The translations under genes were made by a program, and so were the position numbers. From positions 30,001 to 62,000 of the forward strand of contig JAPZAR010000015.1 of NCBI GenBank assembly GCA_027460535.1: a DNA stretch of 32,000 bases, in the 5' to 3' direction. This stretch comes from Candidatus Methanoperedens sp. Lineage in GTDB: Archaea > Halobacteriota > Methanosarcinia > Methanosarcinales > Methanoperedenaceae. The notes beneath the pieces are model-generated. The model searched no databases, was not told the origin of the DNA, and worked only from the letters and a program-made list of their open reading frames with translations. Positions 1 to 7,810 of this stretch are shown here, piece after piece (positions within the stretch are counted from its first letter, which is position 1; the number at the start of each line of letters is the position of its first letter).

Positions 1-70
1 GATTTCCAGGATTGAATCGGGTTTTGTCATCTTATTCCAGCTTTTATTTAACATGCATAGGTTGTCAATT

Positions 71-78
71 TTTATATA
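71..78 (+). promoter_or_regulatory. Candidate TATA box upstream of mtd. A second TATA-like TTATAAAT lies at 111-118.
   Basis: TTTATATA lies in an AT-rich tract upstream of the mtd start. Archaeal promoters use a TATA element about 25 nt upstream of the transcription start. Which of the two boxes is used cannot be decided from sequence. Confidence 0.3.
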
Positions 79-150
79 ACTTTTTAAATAGCAGAACAAT
101 TTCAAAAAACTTATAAATGAACCATGCGAATCTCACCCTGTGATCAAAAT

Positions 151-978
151 ATGGTCGTAAAGATAGGTTTTATAAAACTTGGAAATTTAGGAACCTCACA
201 GGTAATCGATCTGTTACTTGATGAGATAGCGGCGAGAGAGGGAATTGCTGTACGTGTATTCGGAACGGGGGCCAAGATGGGGAAGGATGAAGCAGCAGAA
301 ACGGCATCCTTCAAGAACTGGGGGCCTGACTTCGTTGTTATGATAAGCCCCAACTCAAGCGCTCCAGGACCAACGGCGGCGCGAGATGTCTGGAAAGACA
401 CACCTACGATAGTAATCTCTGATGGTCCGACCAAGAAAGAGGACAGGGAGAAACTGGAACAGGCTGGATTCGGTTACATAATACTGCCGGTTGATCCATT
501 GATAGGGGCAAAGAGAGAATTCCTTGACCCTGTGGAGATGGTGGCGTTCAACAGCGATGCAGCAAAAATCCTGTCCGTTTGCGGCCCGATCAGGCTCGTC
601 CAAACAGAGATAGACAAGGTCATCGACCAGGTAGCAGCAGGCACAAAGCCACTGTCACTGCCAAAGATCCTGGCAAAGCCTGAAAAATGCGTTGAGAGCG
701 CCGGGTTCGCAAATCCATATGCAAAGGCCAAAGCCCTTGCAGCACTTCACATAGCCACAAAGGTCGCTGAGATCGATTTTCCTGCATGCTTCGTACTGAA
801 AGAGGTAGACCAGATCGCGACCACGGCAGCCGCGGGACATGAGGCTCTTCGTGCCGCAGCCAGGCTTGCGGATGAGGCGCGTGAAATGGAGAAGGCGAAC
901 GATTCGGTGCTCAGAAAACCCCATGCAAAGGACGGAAGGCTCCTTTCAAAGACAAAACTCCTGGATAAGCCCCAATAA
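151..978 (+). CDS. mtd: F420-dependent methylenetetrahydromethanopterin dehydrogenase (Mtd)
   Basis: This is track ORF 124..978. I trimmed the start to ATG 151 (MVVKIGFIKLGNLGTS...), which has a GTGATC Shine-Dalgarno-like match at 140-145. Motifs typical of methanogen Mtd are present: IKLGNLGTS, SAPGP, REFLDPVEM, NPYAKAKA and LRKPHAKDG. The length of about 275 aa fits the family. Confidence 0.9.
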   Translation: MVVKIGFIKLGNLGTSQVIDLLLDEIAAREGIAVRVFGTGAKMGKDEAAETASFKNWGPDFVVMISPNSSAPGPTAARDVWKDTPTIVISDGPTKKEDREKLEQAGFGYIILPVDPLIGAKREFLDPVEMVAFNSDAAKILSVCGPIRLVQTEIDKVIDQVAAGTKPLSLPKILAKPEKCVESAGFANPYAKAKALAALHIATKVAEIDFPACFVLKEVDQIATTAAAGHEALRAAARLADEAREMEKANDSVLRKPHAKDGRLLSKTKLLDKPQ

Positions 979-988
979 AATGATTTCA

Positions 989-1021
989 ATGGAAGTGGTT
1001 CCCACTTCCATACTAATTTTT
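989..1021 (+). terminator. Hairpin plus T5 downstream of mtd
   Basis: A perfect 10-bp inverted repeat, ATGGAAGTGG (989-998) / CCACTTCCAT (1002-1011), has a 3-nt loop. TTTTT follows at 1017-1021, about 10 nt after the mtd stop region. Confidence 0.4.
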
Positions 1022-1045
1022 CAACAGTAGGATTTAATTGTTCTG

Positions 1046-1052
1046 AAAAAAA
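1046..1052 (-). terminator. Oligo-U (U7) termination signal for the SUI1 gene
   Basis: An A7 run on the plus strand reads as U7 on the minus strand, about 25 nt downstream of the SUI1 stop at 1077. Oligo-U tracts are the established archaeal termination signal. Confidence 0.4.
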
Positions 1053-1076
1053 GATTGTAGGATATATATTAAAGTT

Positions 1077-1385
1077 TTACACCTTTATCTGTTCAGGTGA
1101 GAAGCCTTTCTGTATAAGCACGTTCTTCATCCTGTTCTTATGGTTCCCCTGAAGTTCGATAACATTATCTTTTATCGTTCCACCACATGCGAATTTAGAT
1201 TTCAGATACGTCGTTAACTCCTGCAAATTAATCTCACTGGGATTAAGACCTTCTATCACAGTAACTTCTTTTTTATATTTTCGCGTATCTACTTTGATGA
1301 CTATTCTCTGCTGTTCTTTTGCCACCTCTTCGCATATGCAAAGCTCTTTTGGCAATCCACAGACAGTACACATTTCTGAACTCAT
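1077..1385 (-). CDS. sui1: Translation initiation factor aSUI1 (eIF1 homologue)
   Basis: This is the C-terminal 102 aa of track ORF 1077..1586. It begins [47 protein letters not shown] and continues KFACGGT...IELQGNH, the typical archaeal SUI1 pattern with an N-terminal Cys knuckle. The track N-terminal extension overlaps the divergent gene and looks non-coding. Confidence 0.85.
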   Translation of the reverse strand: MSSEMCTVCGLPKELCICEEVAKEQQRIVIKVDTRKYKKEVTVIEGLNPSEINLQELTTYLKSKFACGGTIKDNVIELQGNHKNRMKNVLIQKGFSPEQIKV

Positions 1386-1441
1386 TTGTTGGATTAATAC
1401 CTCCATTCTTATATTACGTAAGAGTGTTATATAACTTCTTA

Positions 1442-1798
1442 ATGCTTCACGTATTAAAATATAATGGTTTGGAGATTGCGAAAAATGTAGAGTTGGCAAC
1501 AAGTTTATTAGACCAGATGCTGGGTTTGATGTTCCGAAAAAGCCTTCCACCGGAATTCGCCATGATATTTGTGATGAATAGACCAATGCCTGTCAATATT
1601 CACATGCTTTTCATGCGTTTCCCAATTGATGTTGTCTTTTTAAATGAAGAAAAGAAGATTACCGGACTCTTGCGGTTGAACCCCTGGACCGGTTATAAAG
1701 CAGTGAAGAACGTTAAATATGTTATCGAGATGAATGCAGGTGCGATCGAAAGATTCAGGCTTTCCATAGGTGGAAAAATAGACTTCGGGGATATTTGA
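1442..1798 (+). CDS. DUF192 (COG1430) family protein
   Basis: I trimmed the track ORF to ATG 1442 ([35 protein letters not shown]...). The LGLMFR...MxF..PIDVVFL...pattern followed by VIEMNAG is DUF192-like. Confidence 0.6.
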   Translation: MLHVLKYNGLEIAKNVELATSLLDQMLGLMFRKSLPPEFAMIFVMNRPMPVNIHMLFMRFPIDVVFLNEEKKITGLLRLNPWTGYKAVKNVKYVIEMNAGAIERFRLSIGGKIDFGDI

Positions 1799-1802
1799 AA
1801 AT

Positions 1803-2858
1803 ATGACGCTATCAGGGAAATTGATCGAAAATATCGTGGTGATCGAAAAAAACGGGATCGATGAATTATACAATACAAGTTTTTATGGGCGCCCCCGAGG
1901 GAATATTCTCGAACTCTCTCTGCCTGAGAGTGCATATCTTGCCCGCCTTGGAAAAATATCTGTGGAGTGTGAAGGGGAAAAACTCGATTTTAAACAGTTC
2001 TTCCTGAGAGCATCGGCTATATTGAAAAATTTCGAATTATTTTATATAGTTTACAAAGACCTGAGAGAACGTGGATACTATGCCCAGCCTGGAGTTACAG
2101 GTTTCAGGGTATATCCCCGTGGGGGACATCCCGGCAAGACCCCTTCGGATTTTTTTGTCCTTATAACTTCAGAAAGGACACCGCTTTTGCTTTCCGATCT
2201 AAAAAAGCATCTTGAAACCGTTAATAATCTGAAGAAACGTTTGATCCTGGCAATTGTGGATGAGGAGAGCGATATTACCTTCTATGAGGTCAGAAAAACA
2301 ATCCCATCAGGATCCTGCGAATTCAAGATCAATAAGGCACTTTCAGTGGCCAGTCTGCTCGAGGACAGATGCATGGTCTGGGATTCAAAAGCATCAAGTT
2401 TACTGCATAAGGAGGGATTTTTTGGCAAACTCATGGATGAAGGACATCTACAACTATCTCTTGTCGAATCTGCTTACCTTTTGAACAAGGAGGTTCTAGA
2501 GATTGAAAGCAGAAATAATGAAAGACTTGACTTCGATGAATTTTCAAGGCTTGCATCTAGAATCGAATCCGATTTCATGACGAAATACAGGGTTTATGAA
2601 AAGCTACGGAACAGCGGACTCATTCCCAAAACAGGCTTTAAATTCGGTACGCATTTTCGAGTCTACAGGAGCTATGAAGATCAATCAAGTCTATCTCATT
2701 CTGAATATCTTGTCCATGCCATAGAGAACAAATATGTTTTTTCTCTTCAGCAGCTTTCGCGTGCAGTGCGGCTTGCTAATAGCGTGAAAAAGGAAATGAT
2801 CTACGGCACTGTCAACTCACAGGTTGATTTCTTTATTATAGGGAGAATGAGGTTATAG
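1803..2858 (+). CDS. endA: tRNA-splicing endonuclease, two-domain (duplicated) form
   Basis: The 351-aa protein has two EndA-like halves. The C-terminal half carries GFKFGTHFRVY, HSEYLVH and a downstream Lys (KKEM), which correspond to the Tyr/His/Lys catalytic positions. Its size fits the homodimeric duplicated enzymes of Archaeoglobus and Methanosarcinales. Confidence 0.85.
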   Translation: MTLSGKLIENIVVIEKNGIDELYNTSFYGRPRGNILELSLPESAYLARLGKISVECEGEKLDFKQFFLRASAILKNFELFYIVYKDLRERGYYAQPGVTGFRVYPRGGHPGKTPSDFFVLITSERTPLLLSDLKKHLETVNNLKKRLILAIVDEESDITFYEVRKTIPSGSCEFKINKALSVASLLEDRCMVWDSKASSLLHKEGFFGKLMDEGHLQLSLVESAYLLNKEVLEIESRNNERLDFDEFSRLASRIESDFMTKYRVYEKLRNSGLIPKTGFKFGTHFRVYRSYEDQSSLSHSEYLVHAIENKYVFSLQQLSRAVRLANSVKKEMIYGTVNSQVDFFIIGRMRL

Positions 2859-2924
2859 TAGTAGCCGGTGGGAATTCTTCTGGACGATTCCCGGCGGAAT
2901 AGTAATCAATCCCCACTATAAGAG

Positions 2925-3125
2925 CTATTCTTCCCTCTGTTTTCGCTTTACGACTTTTTCAAGTTTCTTGGCCCACATATCCTCTACCTGTGTATATTCG
3001 CACTCGAGATAATGTGAGACCGCTTTGGCCAGCGCATCCTTGGTGCTGCTCTCTCCAGTCTTTTCCTTCAGAGCTTCAATGTCTTCCATTGTAAGAACTG
3101 TCTGTGCATGCATGATTTTTGCCAT
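2925..3125 (-). CDS. Small (66 aa) protein, possibly a ribbon-helix-helix DNA binder
   Basis: QTVLTM-EDIEALKEKTG-ESS-TKDALAKAVSHYLE fits a strand-helix-turn-helix RHH layout. The C-terminus is basic. I recognise no stronger family match. Confidence 0.4.
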   Translation of the reverse strand: MAKIMHAQTVLTMEDIEALKEKTGESSTKDALAKAVSHYLECEYTQVEDMWAKKLEKVVKRKQREE

Positions 3126-3245
3126 ATTTTCCTCCTGAGTAGACTAAGTTATGCCGCAATATAATTGCGGCCTCTCGTGCATCCTCATCATCATAGGAAA
3201 GTATTTAAAGATTGCGTAATACTCGCCGGCATTTGTTCACAGTTG

Positions 3246-3252
3246 AAAAAAA
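3246..3252 (-). terminator. Oligo-U (U7) after the PGF-CTERM protein gene
   Basis: An A7 run on the plus strand lies 7-13 nt downstream of the stop at 3259 on the minus strand. Confidence 0.4.
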
Positions 3253-3258
3253 TTAGTT

Positions 3259-4251
3259 TCAATATTTTCGTTTTCTCAAGAACAGATACAAGGCCATCAT
3301 GGTAATCAAAACAGGTGCTTCAAAACCTGGGCTTTTTTTGCCGGCAGTCACTGTGGTTTGGGGGCTCTCCTGCGATCCCATCGCTGAAAGGCTATCTTCT
3401 GCCAGTTTTATTTCGTCATTAGCATACCCAACATTACTCAGGACATCCTGTTCCCTTTTCTCCCAGAATGCCGCCAGTGCCATGTTCGTATTATAATCCT
3501 CCGCATTCCTGAGGTGGATCTCTGCATCTGAAACATTCTTGCCCTGATTTTTCGCCTCTTTTATGCGGGAAGATAATGACCTGATTTTATCATCGGTCTC
3601 AACTATTTTATTTAATGAGCTTGAAAATGAGCCTTTTATACTGAGCTTGTCCCCGATGTGCATTTTATCAGGAGACCATGTGGGGACCATATGACCGTAC
3701 TGGAAAAGTATCCTGAAAGGCTGCGGCGTAGCCAAAGTTACTTCAACCCCCTTTGGAAAAAATACCTGCGCCCTGATATCTGCATCCGGAGATACGGATA
3801 TGGCGGTGTTTTTCCCTGAAACAATAGCCTGAGGTGCCTCGATCGGGATATCTATAGAATAATCTGGACCTGCTTTTGCTACCCAGTTTTCTGCGGTAAA
3901 TCCAATGCGTCCATCCCATTTTTTTCCCGCTTCAACAGAACTGTTAAAATTGACGGTGATTTTCGTTTTTCCAGAGATCGTTTGCTGTTCAACGACCTGG
4001 CCTGTAAAGCTTGATGTGTGATCAAAATCGTATATTATCCTGACACCTGAAGCAGGAACTTCGAAGGAAAAACCATCAAGCTGGGAGGGTCCAACGTTCT
4101 CGATTTCAGCCTGTATGACTTCTTCAACGAGCCCGCTATCTTGCAGCGTTACGTTCAAAACCCACCTGTTGAGGTTCACTCCTCCTGCTGATGCCGGATA
4201 GACTGTCAATAACATTATGAGAAAATAAATAAAAAAATTCTTTGCTGCCAT
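3259..4251 (-). CDS. Secreted cell-surface protein with a PGF-CTERM archaeosortase sorting signal
   Basis: The N-terminus has a signal peptide, MAAKNFFIYFLIMLLTVYPASAGG. The C-terminus reads ...TTVTAGKKSPGFEAPVLITMMALYLFLRKRKY, i.e. PGF followed by a hydrophobic helix and a basic tail. A predicted coiled region precedes the anchor. Confidence 0.6.
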   Translation of the reverse strand: MAAKNFFIYFLIMLLTVYPASAGGVNLNRWVLNVTLQDSGLVEEVIQAEIENVGPSQLDGFSFEVPASGVRIIYDFDHTSSFTGQVVEQQTISGKTKITVNFNSSVEAGKKWDGRIGFTAENWVAKAGPDYSIDIPIEAPQAIVSGKNTAISVSPDADIRAQVFFPKGVEVTLATPQPFRILFQYGHMVPTWSPDKMHIGDKLSIKGSFSSSLNKIVETDDKIRSLSSRIKEAKNQGKNVSDAEIHLRNAEDYNTNMALAAFWEKREQDVLSNVGYANDEIKLAEDSLSAMGSQESPQTTVTAGKKSPGFEAPVLITMMALYLFLRKRKY

Positions 4252-4351
4252 TTAATCACAGCCACCATAAAACACTCATAATTAATAGCCTTTACGCAGA
4301 TAAAATTGTCACAGCAATACTAATATACAACTTATTACCCATAGTAATATA

Positions 4352-4909
4352 ATGTTCCTGCCCGCGCCCGACGATATGAAGAAACTGAGGCTTGAGCTGG
4401 GTCTCACTCAACATGACCTCGCCTCGCGCGCCGGCGTAAGCCAGCCCCTTATCGCGCGCATCGAATCAGGGGACGTCGACCCCAGACTATCCACACTGGG
4501 CAAGATATTCAATGCCTTTGACGCTGCAAGGAAAGAAAAGGTCATTGTCAAGGATATAATGCATTCACCCATCATCCACACAAGTTCGGATAGTTCGGTA
4601 GAGGATGCCGCCAGGATCATGGAAAAGCACGGCTTTTCCCAGATGCCGGTCATCGACAACGGAGTGCCGGTGGGCAGCATCTCAACTGACCAGATAGTGA
4701 GTTCGATGACGGACCAGGACATAAAAAAAGTGTCCCATCTACTGGTGCGCAACATAATGGGTGAGTCCTTCCCAACTGTTTCTCCCATAGCAGATACAAA
4801 TTCTGTCTCGAGGATTCTCGAAAAGAATCCGGCTGTTCTTGTACTTGAAAAAGGGAGGGTAATTGGCATGATTACCAAACATGATATTATGAAAATGCTT
4901 AGAGGATGA
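4352..4909 (+). CDS. XRE-type HTH transcriptional regulator fused to a CBS domain pair
   Basis: LRLELGLTQHDLASRAGVSQPLIARIESGDVDPRLSTL is an HTH_3 (XRE-type) motif. Two CBS-like repeats follow: VKDIMHSPIIHT...FSQMPVID and VRNIMGESFPTV...VLVLEKGRVIGMITKHDIM. Confidence 0.8.
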   Translation: MFLPAPDDMKKLRLELGLTQHDLASRAGVSQPLIARIESGDVDPRLSTLGKIFNAFDAARKEKVIVKDIMHSPIIHTSSDSSVEDAARIMEKHGFSQMPVIDNGVPVGSISTDQIVSSMTDQDIKKVSHLLVRNIMGESFPTVSPIADTNSVSRILEKNPAVLVLEKGRVIGMITKHDIMKMLRG

Positions 4910-5084
4910 TTGCCGAAACCTGCGGGTTTTCCATGCACATAAATGGTTCTGCCATGCGCAGAAATAATCCTGGAGGGAAGCTAATATTGAAGCCAGACTT
5001 TCCCGATATGATCCTGAGTCGCCCGAATATACCGCAGGGCATATGCCAATCCCACGGCGCGGATAACCCTATATAGTTAAAAAA

Positions 5085-5286
5085 GTAATATGATGATATC
5101 CAGACCTACGAAATCTGGACAAAATCGTGTTGATAGGTCCTTGCGGGAGAACGGCAATGCCAAATCGATGACCGTACAGACAACCCCAATGCGGTACACG
5201 CGATAAAGCCTGACGCAAGGGTTACGGTGACCGACAGCGGCATAAGCCAGAGGATGAAGTTCCGCGTTAGTGTCAGGCTACAGCAA
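5085..5286. ncRNA. Candidate structured small RNA; strand unresolved
   Basis: This gene-free, GC-rich segment is bracketed by A6 (5079-5084) and T8 (5287-5294). It contains the stems TCCAGA/TCTGGA (5099-5104/5114-5119) and GCCTGAC/GTCAGGC (5208-5214/5272-5278). On the minus strand a GCAA loop closes a CC/GG stem. I recognise no known RNA family. Confidence 0.25.
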
Positions 5287-5400
5287 TTTTTTTTATGCTC
5301 ATCTTTTAATAAGCCTTTTCTTATTACATAAATGCATAGAATTGATGTCGAACACATCTAATATGAATCCATCACTAACAAAGCAAATAGCTAAACCTTG

Positions 5401-6696
5401 TTACTTCTCTCCCTTTCCTGAGTTATTCAACCCATTCGCACTGTGCTCCTCGATTATGGACTCAAGCATGAAAAACTTCTCAACATATTTCTTGAGCTCC
5501 TCATCCGAGATAGCAGAAACGCGTTTCTCCTCGTTATACAACTTTTGTATCTCATCCTGGATGGCTTTCACGCGGGAATCGTTCTTTTCAACCTTGATGG
5601 CGACGTGCATCAGTTCGTTCAGGGTTTCCTCAACTTTATACCTTATCACCTCAAGCCCCGACGAATCGCCTATCATCAGTTCTCTCTTTCCGCCCACGAT
5701 CTCGGGCGGATATGGTTCATAGGTGAATGGGTTCTTTATGATGCCCGCAGTGTGAATGCCACTTTCATGAGCAAAAATGTTTTTCCCCACGACTGATTTA
5801 TTGCGCGGCACCCTTATGCCGATCTCCCTTTCCATGAATCGTGCAAATTCAGTAACGGACCTTAGATCATACTTCTCAAATCCCTCCATCCGCTGTATAA
5901 GGAAAAGAACGACCTTCTCAAGCTCCGCGTTCCCGGCTCTTTCGCCTATACCCAGGAAAGTCAGGCTCGACCAGTTCGCACCATACCAGTATCCTGCTAT
6001 GGAGCATGCAACGGACATCCCAAAGTCGTCATGGACATGGGTTTCAATATTCCGCGTACCGATCTCGCGCAATCGTTTAACGATGTACGGTATTCCGTAG
6101 GGTTCATCTACTTCAGGGAATGGCACCCCAAAGCCAACTGTATCGCAAATACGTATTGTACAATCGGGATCGATCTTTAGAAGTTCTTCGACGAGAGGGA
6201 AAACAAAACCTTCATTGTCAGCACGCGTCATGTCTTCTATATGGGCCCGGGTCCTGAGCCCATGGTCAACAGCATACTGCAATGCATCGGTATATTTCTT
6301 CCGGGCCTCCTCCCTGCTTTTAAGACCCATCTTATCCATGACATGAGAATCCGAAACAGACATGAGGATACCTGTTTCTTTGATACCGTCCATGGATAGC
6401 ACAAAATCAATGTCCTTGGGATTTGCTCTCGCCCATCCTGTGACCTCAGGGAACTCATAGTTCCTGTCAAGCATTTCTTTGACTGCTTCCCTGTCCCGTT
6501 CGTTATACACAAAAGTCTCAAGCTTCTCGATCCCGATCTTATGAAGATACTCGTAAATCTCCGTCTTGTGCCTTTTTTTCATCACTATTCCGGGCATCTG
6601 TGAGCCGTCCCGGATGGTGCTGTCGCTTATGAAGACTTCCTGGCCAAGTGGAAGCTTTATCTTTGGTAGATCCTCGTATGACCTGTATGCTTTCAT
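5401..6696 (-). CDS. HMGL-like (DRE-TIM) acyl-CoA:2-oxoacid condensing enzyme, homocitrate / Re-citrate synthase-like
   Basis: ISDSTIRDGSQ aligns with the DxTLRDGxQ motif. HVHDDFG matches HxHxDxG, and GIGERAGNAELE and AHESGIH are also present. These are hallmarks of the IPMS / homocitrate / citramalate synthase superfamily. The substrate cannot be assigned by eye. Confidence 0.7.
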   Translation of the reverse strand: MKAYRSYEDLPKIKLPLGQEVFISDSTIRDGSQMPGIVMKKRHKTEIYEYLHKIGIEKLETFVYNERDREAVKEMLDRNYEFPEVTGWARANPKDIDFVLSMDGIKETGILMSVSDSHVMDKMGLKSREEARKKYTDALQYAVDHGLRTRAHIEDMTRADNEGFVFPLVEELLKIDPDCTIRICDTVGFGVPFPEVDEPYGIPYIVKRLREIGTRNIETHVHDDFGMSVACSIAGYWYGANWSSLTFLGIGERAGNAELEKVVLFLIQRMEGFEKYDLRSVTEFARFMEREIGIRVPRNKSVVGKNIFAHESGIHTAGIIKNPFTYEPYPPEIVGGKRELMIGDSSGLEVIRYKVEETLNELMHVAIKVEKNDSRVKAIQDEIQKLYNEEKRVSAISDEELKKYVEKFFMLESIIEEHSANGLNNSGKGEK

Positions 6697-6743
6697 TGGC
6701 TGACTGATTGTTATCAGGATTTATATTACTTGTGGTTTTTGAG

Positions 6744-6749
6744 AAAAAA
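6744..6749 (-). terminator. Oligo-U (U6) after the binding-protein gene, at the end of the signalling operon
   Basis: An A6 run on the plus strand lies about 27 nt downstream of the stop at 6776 on the minus strand. Confidence 0.35.
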
Positions 6750-6775
6750 GTAAATAACTGCCTGAAATAAGAACT

Positions 6776-7810
6776 TCATTTCGCTTTTATTTCGAACCCT
6801 TCGAACATCTTCCTCATAACCACATCCTGGCACGATCCAAAACCGGGGGTGGCTATCGTATTTCCATTCAGGTCATCGATAGAGTTAATATCTGAATCTG
6901 CCCCAACTATAAGCGATGAGCCACCCGAATTTACCCCCCCAATGATATTAACCCTGCCATTGTCGTTTATCCTGTATCTTAAAACCGGTGTCATTCCAAG
7001 TGTTGCGGCATCCACTTCCCGGTGATCAAAGGCATTCATTATTGCCAGACCGTTCCTGTAACCTATGAACTGGATATTCTTTCCCGGGACCAGGCCTGCT
7101 TTTTCAAAATAGCCCTCTTTCTCTGCCACATACATAGCGAGTTCATGCAGATTGCCATCCAGATAGCCGAACCTCATGCTCCCGTTAACAGCTGGCGGCG
7201 CCCAGTCAGGATTATCCTCCAGTTTTTTTCTGATATCATTGTAATATCTGTCAAGTATTATACTGGACAGGAACCCGTCCAGATCGTTGTAATCCTGGCT
7301 CTTTTTGAAAGTCCCTGCTTCATTCAGTATCTCAAATCCTTTCTTTGTCTCTTTCAGATCCGGGAATTCTTGATACACGGTATTATTGATCGCTTCTGAC
7401 ACTGTTGTCCTGTCAACCCCCGTAAATTCCGAACCGTACTTCAAGACCTTTTCCCTATTTGCCGGGTCATTAATGAATCTTGTACCCTTCATATGTGCCC
7501 AGAGAAGGGCTCTTATCATATCCTCATCTTTTAAGTCTTCAGAGATTGCAATGATGCATGAGGGGTGATTGTTCCAGATATCTCTGGAATTGACAAGATA
7601 CCTCCCGTAACCTGAAGTAACGGCTTTTGAATCATAAGGTTCCCATGAAATGAATCCTTTTATAGTCCCGTTCTTCAATGCCCGGGACATTTCATCCGCG
7701 GTCATGGAAACAACGTAGATAGTTCTTTTAGCCTGGGATTTCTCGTATATAATAATCCCCGCAGATGCGACTATCAATACAACTATGATTGCGTAGACAT
7801 ACTTTTTCAT
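6776..7810 (-). CDS. Membrane-anchored SsuA/NMT1-like (type II periplasmic binding fold) substrate-binding protein, apparently circularly permuted
   Basis: The N-terminus has a TM anchor (YAIIVVLIVASAGIIIY). Residues from about 205 onward (MRFGYLDGNLHELAMYVAEKEGYFEKAGL...DAATLG...SLIVGADSDINSIDDLNGNTIATPGFGS) resemble the N-terminal lobe of SsuA/TauA. Residues from about 35 (MTADEMSRALKNGTIKGFISWEPYDSKA) resemble its C-terminal lobe. The ATG overlaps the kinase stop in an ATGA. Confidence 0.7.
   Translation of the reverse strand: MKKYVYAIIVVLIVASAGIIIYEKSQAKRTIYVVSMTADEMSRALKNGTIKGFISWEPYDSKAVTSGYGRYLVNSRDIWNNHPSCIIAISEDLKDEDMIRALLWAHMKGTRFINDPANREKVLKYGSEFTGVDRTTVSEAINNTVYQEFPDLKETKKGFEILNEAGTFKKSQDYNDLDGFLSSIILDRYYNDIRKKLEDNPDWAPPAVNGSMRFGYLDGNLHELAMYVAEKEGYFEKAGLVPGKNIQFIGYRNGLAIMNAFDHREVDAATLGMTPVLRYRINDNGRVNIIGGVNSGGSSLIVGADSDINSIDDLNGNTIATPGFGSCQDVVMRKMFEGFEIKAK

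Noticed and set aside
1-30. A possible minus-strand gene start (CAT at 28-30, giving MTKPDSILEI...) running off the left edge of the window.
   Set aside because: Only 10 codons are visible, so it cannot be supported.
124-150. N-terminal extensions offered by the ORF track. Examples are 124 for mtd, 1586 for SUI1, 1319 for DUF192, 16927 for the lipoprotein, 19786 for the EB_dh-like gene, 22070 for thiC, 24827 for ftsZ, 24807 for the MTH1187-like gene and 30013 for the oxidoreductase.
   Set aside because: In each case an internal ATG gives the family-typical N-terminus. That ATG usually has a GGAGG/GTGATC-like ribosome-binding site or TATA spacing. The extensions overlap neighbouring genes or promoters.
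5106-5357. An 83-aa minus-strand ORF, together with a 47-codon plus-strand ORF at 4933-5076, in the gene-free gap.
   Set aside because: Both are Cys-rich with odd composition and have no ribosome-binding site. The first starts in an AT-rich tract and runs through the structured GC-rich block. The second ends at TAG and would stop again four codons later if read through. RNA structure explains the region better.
4910-5400. Whether the structured gap encodes RNase P RNA or SRP (7S) RNA.
   Set aside because: GGGAAAGUCUGG (minus strand, about 4996-5007) and GGCUUAU (minus strand, about 5240-5246) superficially recall RNase P CR-I/CR-V. They occur in the wrong 5'-3' order, however, and the ACAGAA element is missing. 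No GGAAGG.AGCA helix-8 motif of SRP RNA is present on either strand.
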